Source of the DNA: Aquamicrobium sp.
Lineage (GTDB): Bacteria > Pseudomonadota > Alphaproteobacteria > Rhizobiales > Rhizobiaceae
NCBI GenBank assembly: GCA_039808485.1
Contig: JBDHTD010000001.1
Coordinates: 64,116 to 128,115, forward strand
Length of the DNA: 64,000 nucleotides
Direction of reading: 5' to 3'
Translations under genes and position numbers: made by a program
The notes under the pieces: generated by a model
Seen by the model: the letters and a program-made list of their open reading frames with translations, nothing else
Told to the model about the DNA's origin: nothing
Database searches by the model: none
Part shown: in pieces, positions 43,509-52,129 of the stretch
Layout of the letters: every line of letters begins with the position of its first letter
How positions within the stretch are numbered: the stretch's first letter is position 1

Positions 43509-44492
43509 ATGGAAAACATCCAGACAAAGGGCGCGCAGGGCCGCGTCGCCGACGCTCCTTCCGGCCATTGGGTCTATCGCACGCTGCCGCGCGGCCTGTG
43601 GCCCTATGCCCAGCTCGCCCGCTGGGACCGGCCGATCGGCTGGTGGCTGCTGATGTGGCCGTGCTGGTGGTCGGCGGCGATGGCCGCTTCCGCCCGCGCG
43701 CAGCCGGGCGCGGCGCTCGCCGACGTCCTGCCCTCGCCCTGGCATCTCGCCCTGTTCATGGCCGGCGCCATCCTGATGCGCGGGGCTGGCTGCACCTACA
43801 ACGACATCGTCGACCAGGACATCGACGACAAGGTGGCGCGCACCCGCTCGCGGCCGCTGCCCTCGGGCAAGGTGACGCGCCGGCAGGCATGGACCTTCCT
43901 CGGCCTGCAATGCCTCGGCGGCCTTCTCGTGCTTCTCCAGTTCAACTGGTTCGCGGTTCTCGTCGGCGTCGCCTCGCTCGTCACCGTCGCGATCTATCCG
44001 TTCATGAAGCGGTTCACCGACTGGCCGCAGCTTTTCCTCGGGCTGGCCTTCTCATGGGGGGCGCTGATGGGCTGGGCCGCGCATTTCGGCGCGCTCGAGC
44101 TCGCGCCGCTCCTGCTCTATTCCGGCTCGATCCTGTGGGTGATCGGCTACGACACGCTCTATGCCCATCAGGACAAGGAAGACGACGCGCTGGTCGGCGT
44201 GCGCTCCACCGCGCGGCTGTTCGGCGACCGGACGAAGGCGTGGCTGGTCGGGCTCTACGGCGCGGCGCTGCTGTTCTTCCTCGTCGCCTTCGCCAACGCG
44301 GCCGTGCCGATGCCGGCGCTTGCCGGCCTGCTCGCGGCCGGCGCGCATATGTGGCGGCAGATCAGGGTCCTCGACATCGACGACCCCGACCAGTGCCTGA
44401 AGCTGTTCAAGTCCAACTCCACCGTCGGCTGGCTGATCTTCCTCGGCCTTGCCGGCGGCGGCGTCTGGGCCGCGATCAGCCCGAACTTCTGA
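43509..44492 (+). CDS. ubiA: 4-hydroxybenzoate polyprenyltransferase
   Basis: ARWDRPIGWW, GAGCTYNDIVDQDID, RTRSRPLPSG, YDTLYAHQDKEDD. Confidence 0.95.
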   Translation: MENIQTKGAQGRVADAPSGHWVYRTLPRGLWPYAQLARWDRPIGWWLLMWPCWWSAAMAASARAQPGAALADVLPSPWHLALFMAGAILMRGAGCTYNDIVDQDIDDKVARTRSRPLPSGKVTRRQAWTFLGLQCLGGLLVLLQFNWFAVLVGVASLVTVAIYPFMKRFTDWPQLFLGLAFSWGALMGWAAHFGALELAPLLLYSGSILWVIGYDTLYAHQDKEDDALVGVRSTARLFGDRTKAWLVGLYGAALLFFLVAFANAAVPMPALAGLLAAGAHMWRQIRVLDIDDPDQCLKLFKSNSTVGWLIFLGLAGGGVWAAISPNF

Positions 44493-44499
44493 GCGCCGG

Positions 44500-45111
44500 C
44501 TACTCGCGGGCGATGATCTCGCGGCCGTCGACGACGAGCCGGACGCCGAGGTCGCCGACCGAATCGCCGACCCGGCGGCGGGCGAGGAAGCGCGGGCGGC
44601 GCTGCGTCGACACGCGCCCCTTGCGCCGCGCCACCGGCGGCCGCTTCTTGACGAGGCCGAGCGACTCTTCCAGCGTCCGGGCCTCGCCGTCGGCCTCGAT
44701 CAGCAGCATCGGCAGCTCGTAGGCATCCGACCAGGCGCGCCAGTCGGCGGCGACGTCGTCCAGATCGTGGGCGACCAGCAGCGGCACCGACAGCATCGGG
44801 TCGGCATGCAGCAGCTCGAGCGTCACCGTCACCTCGCCGTTGCCATCCTCGATGGCGCGGGCGGCGACGCCGCGGAAGGCGCGCGCCGGCAGCGCGATCG
44901 ACACCGGCAGGCGGCTCGCCTCGAGCACGCGGCGGACGGTGACGCCGCGATGGTCGATGGTGAAGGTGACATCGCCCTGATCGTCGCGCCCGGCATAGGA
45001 GACCGCCTGCGGCAGGCGGAACGGGTCGAGCCGCAGGTCGCTGCCGGCCCATGTCGGCTTCAGGGGGGATGTCGGGGCGGATTTCGGGACGGGATTGAGC
45101 CCGGTGTTCAT
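44500..45111 (-). CDS. DUF6101 family protein
   Basis: RLDPFRLP, FRGVAAR, LELLHADPMLSVPL, DWRAWS, RRPRFLARRR. Confidence 0.78.
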   Translation of the reverse strand: MNTGLNPVPKSAPTSPLKPTWAGSDLRLDPFRLPQAVSYAGRDDQGDVTFTIDHRGVTVRRVLEASRLPVSIALPARAFRGVAARAIEDGNGEVTVTLELLHADPMLSVPLLVAHDLDDVAADWRAWSDAYELPMLLIEADGEARTLEESLGLVKKRPPVARRKGRVSTQRRPRFLARRRVGDSVGDLGVRLVVDGREIIARE

Positions 45112-45290
45112 GTCGTCTTTGCCTTCCTGTCTCTCCTGAGAGCCGGTTTCCGGCGTCTCCGGGCAGCTTTTGCCGCCTCGTTATGGGCGTGACAGTAGGG
45201 GCCGGCGCGTTCCGGAGCGCTTAAAAAGGAGGGTTAAGGCTTTCTCGCCTGCCGCGATGGTTATCGCTTTGCAACCCGGCGCAACGAAAC

Positions 45291-46700
45291 TTAAATCATC
45301 TTGTTCGGGTTCATGATCCCGGCGGGGTCGAAGGCGGCCTTGATCCGCCGCATCAGCTCGGTGGCGACCGGCGGCGCGGTGGCGATCAGTTCGTCGCGCT
45401 TCATCCGGCCGATGCCATGCTCGGCCGAGATCGAGCCGTTGAAGCCGCGCACCACCGCATGCACGGCGTCGTTGACCTCGCGGTAGCGGGCGAGGAAGGC
45501 CGCCGGCTCGGCCCCGACCGGCTGCGAGATGTTGTAGTGCAGATTGCCGTCGCCCATGTGGCCGAAGGCGACCAGCCGCGCCGCCGGCTCGATTCCGGCG
45601 ACGGCCCGCCACGCCTCGTCGATGAAGGCCGGGATCGACGCCACCGGCACGGAGACGTCATGCTTGATCGACGCGCCCTCGGGGCGCTGCGCGTCCGACA
45701 TCGATTCACGCAGCTTCCACAGGCCGTCGGCCTGGGCGAGGCTGGCGGCGAGCGAGGCGTCCCCGACCAGCTCGGCCTCGAAGCCTTCGCCGAGGATCTC
45801 CTCGATCAGCGCGCGCGCGTCCTCGGCCGAGCGGCCGGAAGAGATTTCCATCAGCACATGCCAGGGATGGGCCGAGCCGAGCGGCGCGGCCGTGCCCGGC
45901 ACATGACGCAGCACGAAGGCGAGGCTTTCCCCGATCATCAGCTCGAAGGCGGTCAGGCTCGTGCCGGCCCTGTCCGACGCCAGCGAAAACAGCGCCAGCG
46001 CCGCTTGCGGACTTTCGAGCCCGACCCACGCCACCTCTCTGCCCTTCGGCTTCGGATAGAGCTTCAGCACCGCCGCGGTGATGATGCCGAGCGTGCCTTC
46101 GGCGCCGACGAACAGGTTCTTCAGGTCGTAGCCGGTGTTGTCCTTCTTCAGCTTGCGCAGATCGTCCAGCACCTCGCCGGTCGGCAGCACCACCTCGACG
46201 CCGAGGCAGAGCTCGCGGGCGTTGCCATAGGCGAGCACGCCGGTGCCCCCGGCATTGGAGGAGAGATTGCCGCCGATCTGTGCCGACCCCTGAGAGGCGA
46301 GCGACAGCGGAAACAGCCGTCCGGCCGCGTCGGCCGCCTCGCGCAGCGCGTGCAGCGTCACCCCGGCCTCGGCGGTGACGGTGTTCGAGGCGGTGTCGAT
46401 CTCGCGCACGGCGTCGAGCCGCGACAGCGACACCACCACCTCGCGGCCGGTTCCATCCGGCACCTGGCCGCCGACCAGGCCGGTATTGCCGCCCTGCGGC
46501 ACGATGGGGGTACCCGTCTCGCTGGCGAGCTTCAGGATCGCGGCGACCTCGGCGACGCTGCCGGGACGCAGGACCAGCGGCGTCGCGCCCGGCCACAGGC
46601 CGCGCCGCTCGGTGACGAAGGGGTGCGTCGCGGCCGGGTCGGTCAGGGCGTGGCGGGGGCCGACGATTGCGGAAAAACGTCCGATCAGGGCGGCATCCAT
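45291..46700 (-). CDS. FAD-binding oxidoreductase (D-2-hydroxyacid dehydrogenase-like)
   Basis: PQGGNTGLVGG, IGGNLSSNAGG, KKDNTGYDL, GAEGTLGII, HMGDGNLH, SAEHGIG. Confidence 0.92.
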   Translation of the reverse strand: MDAALIGRFSAIVGPRHALTDPAATHPFVTERRGLWPGATPLVLRPGSVAEVAAILKLASETGTPIVPQGGNTGLVGGQVPDGTGREVVVSLSRLDAVREIDTASNTVTAEAGVTLHALREAADAAGRLFPLSLASQGSAQIGGNLSSNAGGTGVLAYGNARELCLGVEVVLPTGEVLDDLRKLKKDNTGYDLKNLFVGAEGTLGIITAAVLKLYPKPKGREVAWVGLESPQAALALFSLASDRAGTSLTAFELMIGESLAFVLRHVPGTAAPLGSAHPWHVLMEISSGRSAEDARALIEEILGEGFEAELVGDASLAASLAQADGLWKLRESMSDAQRPEGASIKHDVSVPVASIPAFIDEAWRAVAGIEPAARLVAFGHMGDGNLHYNISQPVGAEPAAFLARYREVNDAVHAVVRGFNGSISAEHGIGRMKRDELIATAPPVATELMRRIKAAFDPAGIMNPNKMI

Positions 46701-46706
46701 GGTCGT

Positions 46707-47666
46707 TCACCCGTCCCTCGGCGCGGCGGCGCGGCCGAGCCGGTCGGCGATCGCTTCGCCGAGACCGTGGCGGGGAACGGGCTCGACGGCGATGACCGCC
46801 GCGCCCGCGCCGTCCAGCGCCTTCATGTGATGGTAGAGGTTCGCGGCCGCCTCGCGCAGGTTTCCGGTTTCGGACAGGTTGAGCATGGCGACCGCGCGCT
46901 CCGCGCCGGCGATCCGCTCCGGCCCGAAGGCAAGCAGCGCCTCGCCGGCCTTCACCTCGGCCGCATCGAGCCGCATCCCGGCCACGGGCGCATAGTGCGA
47001 GGCCATCATACCGGGGGCCTCGATGCCTTTGGCGCCGCCGCGCAGCACCTCCGCGCCCAGCGCCGCCTCGATCTCCTCCGCGGTCACGCCGCCCGGCCTC
47101 AGGATGCGGGCGCCGTCCCGCTCCACCTTGACGATGGTCGATTCCAGCCCGACCGGCGTCGGCCCGCCATCGGCGATCAGCCCGATCCTCGCGCCGAGAT
47201 CGTCATTGACGGCCGCGGCCGTGGTGCCGCTGATGCGGCCCGACGAATTGGCCGAGGGCGCGGCGAGCGGCCGTCCCAGGGCCGCGATCACGCTGCCCGC
47301 GAAGCCTTGCGGCATGCGCACAGCCACCGTGTCGAGGCCCGCCGTCACCAGCGGATGGATGCCGCAGCCGGGCCGCAGCTTCAGCACCAGCGTCAGCGGG
47401 CCGGGCCAGAATCTTTCCGCGAGCTTCAGCGAGACGTCGTCGAAGACCGCGACCTCCTTCGCCATGTCGAGGCTGGAGACATGGACGATCAGCGGGTTGA
47501 AGCGCGGCCGGCCCTTGGCCTCGAAGATGCGCGCCACCGCCTCGCCGTTGGTGGCGTCGCCGGCAAGGCCGTAGACGGTCTCGGTCGGCACCGCCACCAC
47601 CTCGCCGGCGGCAAGCAATGCCAGCGCCGGCTGAAGCGCCTCGTCGAGCGGGAGGATTTCGGCCAA
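46707..47666 (-). CDS. tsaC: L-threonylcarbamoyladenylate synthase (Sua5-type)
   Basis: PTETVYGL, KGRPRFNPLI, FWPGPLT, APSANSSG, GLESTI, PGMMASHYAP. TTG start. Confidence 0.93.
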   Translation of the reverse strand: MAEILPLDEALQPALALLAAGEVVAVPTETVYGLAGDATNGEAVARIFEAKGRPRFNPLIVHVSSLDMAKEVAVFDDVSLKLAERFWPGPLTLVLKLRPGCGIHPLVTAGLDTVAVRMPQGFAGSVIAALGRPLAAPSANSSGRISGTTAAAVNDDLGARIGLIADGGPTPVGLESTIVKVERDGARILRPGGVTAEEIEAALGAEVLRGGAKGIEAPGMMASHYAPVAGMRLDAAEVKAGEALLAFGPERIAGAERAVAMLNLSETGNLREAAANLYHHMKALDGAGAAVIAVEPVPRHGLGEAIADRLGRAAAPRDG

Positions 47667-47830
47667 GTGGGTCTCCGCTGGTTTCCGGCTTGGGTAGCGC
47701 GGGCGAACGGCGGCGGCAAGGAAAACCCGCCGAACGGATTTGTTAATCCCTGAAGCGCTAGGATGGAGCCCGTGTTTCCATGCGCGCCGGGCGGGGAATA
47801 GGCCCGCGCGTGAAGACGACGAGTGTGTTC

Positions 47831-48211
47831 ATGCGTAAGGTCGTTCTTTCCGGGCTCGGCTCGGTCGCGCCGCTCGTCGGCCTCGCCGCCGTCGCCGCCG
47901 CTTCCTCCATCGTCGCCGTCGCGCCGCCGCGGGCCGCGCCCTCCATCGTCAGCATGGGCGAGGTGGCACCTGCGCCGATCGAGGCGAGGCCGGCGACGGA
48001 AGCGGCGCAAGCCGGCGACGACGGCGATGAAATCCTCGCCATCGGCCATTCGGTGGTCGCCATCGGCGCCGACGCCATCCCGCCCTCGCGCGAGGAGGTC
48101 GCCGCGATCGCCGGGCCGCCGGCGGAACCCGAAGCGCCCGCCGAAACGCCCCCCCTGGCCGGGTGGCTGGCGGACGATTCCGCGCCCGCCCTGCGCGGGG
48201 CGATGCCGTAG
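47831..48211 (+). CDS. Hypothetical Ala/Pro-rich protein with hydrophobic N-terminus
   Basis: Only coherent ORF in the tsaC-glyS gap. Begins MRKVVLSGLGSV; no family motif recognised. Confidence 0.5.
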   Translation: MRKVVLSGLGSVAPLVGLAAVAAASSIVAVAPPRAAPSIVSMGEVAPAPIEARPATEAAQAGDDGDEILAIGHSVVAIGADAIPPSREEVAAIAGPPAEPEAPAETPPLAGWLADDSAPALRGAMP

Positions 48212-48221
48212 CAGCGGCGGA

Positions 48222-50342
48222 TCAGCCGGCGATCTTCGAGAAGTCGGCCATCTGCCCGGTCGCGCCGCGAATGCGGGCAAGCAGCGCCAGGCGGTTGGCG
48301 CGCACGAAACCGTCCTCGTCATTGACCAGAACCGCCTCGAAGAAGGCGTCGACCGGCCGGCGAAGCGCGGCCAGCGCCTGCATGGCGGCGGAGAAATCCT
48401 GGCCGGCGATGGCGTCGCCCGCCTCGCGCTCGGCCTGGGCGACGGCCTCGTGGAGCGCGCCCTCCTCGTCCTGGCGGAACAGGATCGGATCGACGCTTTC
48501 GGCGACGGCCGTGCCCTTCTTCTCTTCCGCCGCGAGGATGTTGGCGGCGCGCCTGGTGCCGGCGAGCAGGTTCTGCCCGTCTTCCGAATCGAGGAAGATG
48601 CCGAGAGCCGCGACGCGCGAGACGACGATGAGCAGGTCGTCCGCGTCGGGCGAGATCACCGCGTCGATCAGGTCGTGGCGGGCGCCCTTGTCGCGCAGAT
48701 AGACCTTCAGCCGGTCGTGGAAGAAGGAGAGCAGGTCGCGGTCGCCGCCGGTCACCTCCAGCAGATTGAGGCGGATGCCGTTCTCGACCACGATGCGGAT
48801 GACGCCGAGCGCGGCGCGGCGCAGCGCATAGGGGTCCTTCGAGCCGGTCGGCTTCTCGTCGATGGCCCAGAAGCCCGTCAGCGTGTCGAGCTTGTCGGCG
48901 AGCGCGACCGCGATCGAGACCGGATCGGACGGCACGGTGTCGGACGGGCCCTGCGGGCGATAATGCTCCTCGATCGCGGCGGCGATCGCCGCGTCCTCGC
49001 CCTGGAGAGCCGCGTATTTGCGGCCCATCGCGCCCTGGAGCTCGGGAAACTCGCCGACGACCTCGGTTTGCAGATCGGCCTTGGCGAGCACGGCGGCGCG
49101 CCGGGCCATGGCAGGGTCGGCCCCGACCAGCGGCGCGAGCACGGCCGCCAGATCGCGGATGCGCGCGACGCGCGCGCCTTGCGTGCCGAGCCTGGCGTGG
49201 AAGGTGACGTTGAGCAGGTCGAGCCGCGCCATGCGCTGGTCGAGCGGCTTGTTCAGATCGAGCGCGAACTTTTCCGCCGAGGCGGCGAGCGAGGCCAGGT
49301 CCGGCAGGTCGGCCTGGTCGGTGTTCCAGAAATGCACGGCGTCGGAAAGCCGGGCCCGCACCACCTTGCCGTTGCCGCGGGCGATCTCGGCGCCGCCGTC
49401 GCTGGCCTCGATGTTGGAGACCGGCACGAAACGGTTGGAGAGCTTCTCCGCCTCGCCGCGCGGGCGGGTGACGAAGCATTTCTGGTTGGCGCGGATGGTC
49501 AGGCGGATGACTTCCGGAGGGATGCCGAGGAAGGCCTGCTCGAACTCGCCCATCAGCACCACCGGCCACTCGACCAGCCCGGACACTTCCTCGAGCAGCC
49601 CCTCGTCCTCGACCAGATCGAGGCCGGCGGCGAAGGCGAGGTTCCTGGCGTCGTCGAGGATGATGCGCTTGCGCCGTTCGGCGTCGAGCACCACCTTGGC
49701 ACTTTCCAGCTTCGCCACGTAATCGTCGAAGCGCTTGACGGCAATGGCCTGCGGCGCATGGAAGCGGTGGCCATAGGTGACGTTGCCGGCGCGGATGCCG
49801 TCGACCTCGAAATCGACCACTTCGGGGTCCGACGATTCCGGGCCGAAGGTGCAGAGGATGGATTGCAGCGGCCGCACCCAGCGCAGGCTGCCGGGCCTGG
49901 CCGAGGCCGCGCCCCAGCGCATCGACTTCGGCCACGGGAAGCCGCGGATGATGCCCGGCATCAGGCCGGCGATGATCTCTTCCGCCGCGCGGCCGGGGCG
50001 CGAGATGCGCGCGACGTAGAAATCGCCCTTCTTCGGGTCGGTGTGGACATGAGCCTGCGCGACCGATTCGAGCCCGGCCTTGCGCAGGAAGCCCTGGATC
50101 GCCGGCTCGGGCGCGGCCGTCGACGGCCCCTTGATCTCCTCGGCGACATCCTTCGAGCGGGCGGTGATGCCGCGGATGTCGAGCGCGAGCCGGCGCGGCG
50201 TCCAGTATTCGCACGCCGCCTCGTAGGTCAGCCCGGCCTCGACCAGCCCGTCGGCGACCAGCTTCTTCAGGTCGCCCGCGGCTTTCCGCTGCATGCGCGC
50301 GGGGATTTCCTCGGAACGAAGTTCGAGCAGAAGATCAGGCAT
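48222..50342 (-). CDS. glyS: Glycine-tRNA ligase beta subunit
   Basis: [59 protein letters not shown] 7 nt upstream. Confidence 0.97.
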   Translation of the reverse strand: MPDLLLELRSEEIPARMQRKAAGDLKKLVADGLVEAGLTYEAACEYWTPRRLALDIRGITARSKDVAEEIKGPSTAAPEPAIQGFLRKAGLESVAQAHVHTDPKKGDFYVARISRPGRAAEEIIAGLMPGIIRGFPWPKSMRWGAASARPGSLRWVRPLQSILCTFGPESSDPEVVDFEVDGIRAGNVTYGHRFHAPQAIAVKRFDDYVAKLESAKVVLDAERRKRIILDDARNLAFAAGLDLVEDEGLLEEVSGLVEWPVVLMGEFEQAFLGIPPEVIRLTIRANQKCFVTRPRGEAEKLSNRFVPVSNIEASDGGAEIARGNGKVVRARLSDAVHFWNTDQADLPDLASLAASAEKFALDLNKPLDQRMARLDLLNVTFHARLGTQGARVARIRDLAAVLAPLVGADPAMARRAAVLAKADLQTEVVGEFPELQGAMGRKYAALQGEDAAIAAAIEEHYRPQGPSDTVPSDPVSIAVALADKLDTLTGFWAIDEKPTGSKDPYALRRAALGVIRIVVENGIRLNLLEVTGGDRDLLSFFHDRLKVYLRDKGARHDLIDAVISPDADDLLIVVSRVAALGIFLDSEDGQNLLAGTRRAANILAAEEKKGTAVAESVDPILFRQDEEGALHEAVAQAEREAGDAIAGQDFSAAMQALAALRRPVDAFFEAVLVNDEDGFVRANRLALLARIRGATGQMADFSKIAG

Positions 50343-50460
50343 CGGTGGGCTCCGCCCGCATGCTGTTTCTTGCGTTGCGCGTCCTCGCGCCGAAGGCGCT
50401 GCGGGCGCGCGGCGATGCGGGAATTTCCTCGGAGCGAAGTTCGAGCAGAAGGTCGGGCAT
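50298..50460 (-). repeat. Direct duplication of the first 45 nt of glyS (copies at 50416-50460 and 50298-50342)
   Basis: 40 of 45 nt identical, with all five mismatches synonymous at third positions. 73-nt spacer. Confidence 0.95.
50335..50460 (-). other. 41-aa mini-ORF beginning with the GlyS N-terminal 15 residues
   Basis: [41 protein letters not shown]. Its ATG overlaps the isochorismatase TGA (TGATG) and its TGA lies 8 nt into glyS (ATGCCTGA). Whether it is translated is unproven. Confidence 0.55.
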
Positions 50461-51053
50461 CAGGACACCAGTTCGGCGGTCGTGCAGACGATGGCGAAGC
50501 GGTCGGCGAGCGCGGCAAGCGCGGCCTCGTGCAGGGAGGCTGCCGGAACGACGCCGCTTCCGCCGGGCGCGGGCAGGTCGCGCGTGGCGGTGGCGTCGGA
50601 GACGACCACCGCGCCGAAGCCCTGCTCGTTGGCTGCGCGGGTGGTGGAGGAGACGCACATATGCGTCATGAAGCCGGCGACGACGACGCGCTTGCGTCCC
50701 GTCGCATCCAGCGCCTCCTTCAGCGTCGTGCCGGCGAAGGAATTGGGCAGGCCCTTGTCGATCACCGTCTCGCCGGCCAGCGCCGCCGCCTGCGGCGCGA
50801 GCGCGTAGCCCGGCGTGTCGGGGCCGAACAGCCCGCCGGACTGGCCCTTGTGGCGGACATGGATCACCGGCGCGCCGGCCGCGCGCGCGGCGGCGAGCAG
50901 CGCGGCGATGTTGTCGAGCGCGGCTTCGACGCCGTGAAGCGGCAGCCGGCCATCGACATATTCGCGCTGGGCGTCGACCACGACCACGGCGGCCTGGCCG
51001 AGCTTCGGCGGGGTCAGGTCCGCGCCGGCGAGCTGAAGAAGGGTTTTTACCAT
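50460..51053 (-). CDS. Isochorismatase-family cysteine hydrolase
   Basis: Asp-Lys-Cys triad motifs VVDAQREY, VIDKGLPNSF and AGFMTHMCVSST. Start ATG 51053 overlaps the glyQ stop. Confidence 0.9.
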   Translation of the reverse strand: MVKTLLQLAGADLTPPKLGQAAVVVVDAQREYVDGRLPLHGVEAALDNIAALLAAARAAGAPVIHVRHKGQSGGLFGPDTPGYALAPQAAALAGETVIDKGLPNSFAGTTLKEALDATGRKRVVVAGFMTHMCVSSTTRAANEQGFGAVVVSDATATRDLPAPGGSGVVPAASLHEAALAALADRFAIVCTTAELVS

Positions 51054-51994
51054 CACGCCGCCTCCGGCTTCCAGCCGAGGCCGCCGGCCTCGGTCTCGAG
51101 GAACGCCTCGCCACACGCCTTGGCGAGGTTGCGCACGCGCAATATGTAGCTCTGCCGCTCGGTGACGGAGATGACGCCGCGCGCGTCGAGCAGGTTGAAG
51201 GCATGCGACGCCTTGATGCACTGGTCGTAAGCCGGCAGCACCATGCGGTGCGGCTGGCCTTCCGGCCGCGTCGCGCCGGCGGCGAGCAGGGCGCGGCACT
51301 CCTGCTCGGCGTCCTCGAAGTGGCGGAACAGGATGGCGGTGTCGGCGAACTCGAAATTGAAGCGGGAATATTCCTGCTCGGCCTGAAGGAAGACCTCGCC
51401 ATAGGTGACTTTTTCCGCGCCCTCGCGGCCGTTGAAGTTCAGGTCGTAGACGTTGTCGACGCCCTGGACATACATCGCCAGCCGCTCCAGCCCGTAGGTC
51501 AGCTCGCCGGCGACGGGCGCGCATTCGATGCCGCAGACCTGCTGGAAATAGGTGAACTGCGACACCTCCATGCCGTCGCACCAGCATTCCCAGCCCAGCC
51601 CCCAGGCGCCGAGCGTCGGGCTTTCCCAGTCGTCCTCGACGAAGCGGATGTCGTGCAGCTTCGTGTCGACGCCGATGGCGTCGAGCGAGCCGAGATAGAG
51701 CGACTGGAGGTCCGGCGGGTTCGGCTTCAGGATCACCTGGTACTGGTAGTAGTGCTGGAGCCGGTTGGGGTTCTCGCCGTAGCGGCCGTCCTTGGGCCGG
51801 CGCGAGGGCTGGACATAGGCCGCGTTCCACGGCCGCGGCCCCAGCGCGCGCAGCGTCGTCGCCGGATGGAAGGTGCCGGCGCCCACCTCCATGTCGTAGG
51901 GCTGGAGAATGACGCAGCCGCGCTCGGCCCAATAGTCGTGCAGGGTCAGGATCAGGCCCTGGAACGACCGGGTCGGGTGCATGTGGGCGGGCAT
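51053..51994 (-). CDS. glyQ: Glycine-tRNA ligase alpha subunit
   Basis: [44 protein letters not shown]. Start uncertain (51982, 51994 or 52018). Confidence 0.96.
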   Translation of the reverse strand: MPAHMHPTRSFQGLILTLHDYWAERGCVILQPYDMEVGAGTFHPATTLRALGPRPWNAAYVQPSRRPKDGRYGENPNRLQHYYQYQVILKPNPPDLQSLYLGSLDAIGVDTKLHDIRFVEDDWESPTLGAWGLGWECWCDGMEVSQFTYFQQVCGIECAPVAGELTYGLERLAMYVQGVDNVYDLNFNGREGAEKVTYGEVFLQAEQEYSRFNFEFADTAILFRHFEDAEQECRALLAAGATRPEGQPHRMVLPAYDQCIKASHAFNLLDARGVISVTERQSYILRVRNLAKACGEAFLETEAGGLGWKPEAA

Positions 51995-52129
51995 TCGGGC
52001 AGGCTGGCTGGCGTTCACGGGGCGGCTCACGGCGGCATGGACGGGAAAGGCCCCCGTCCTAGAACCGCGACCCGCACGCGTCAAGGCGAGAGGCAGCCGG
52101 CTCGCGGGCGCGCCTCCCCTCCCCTTTCG

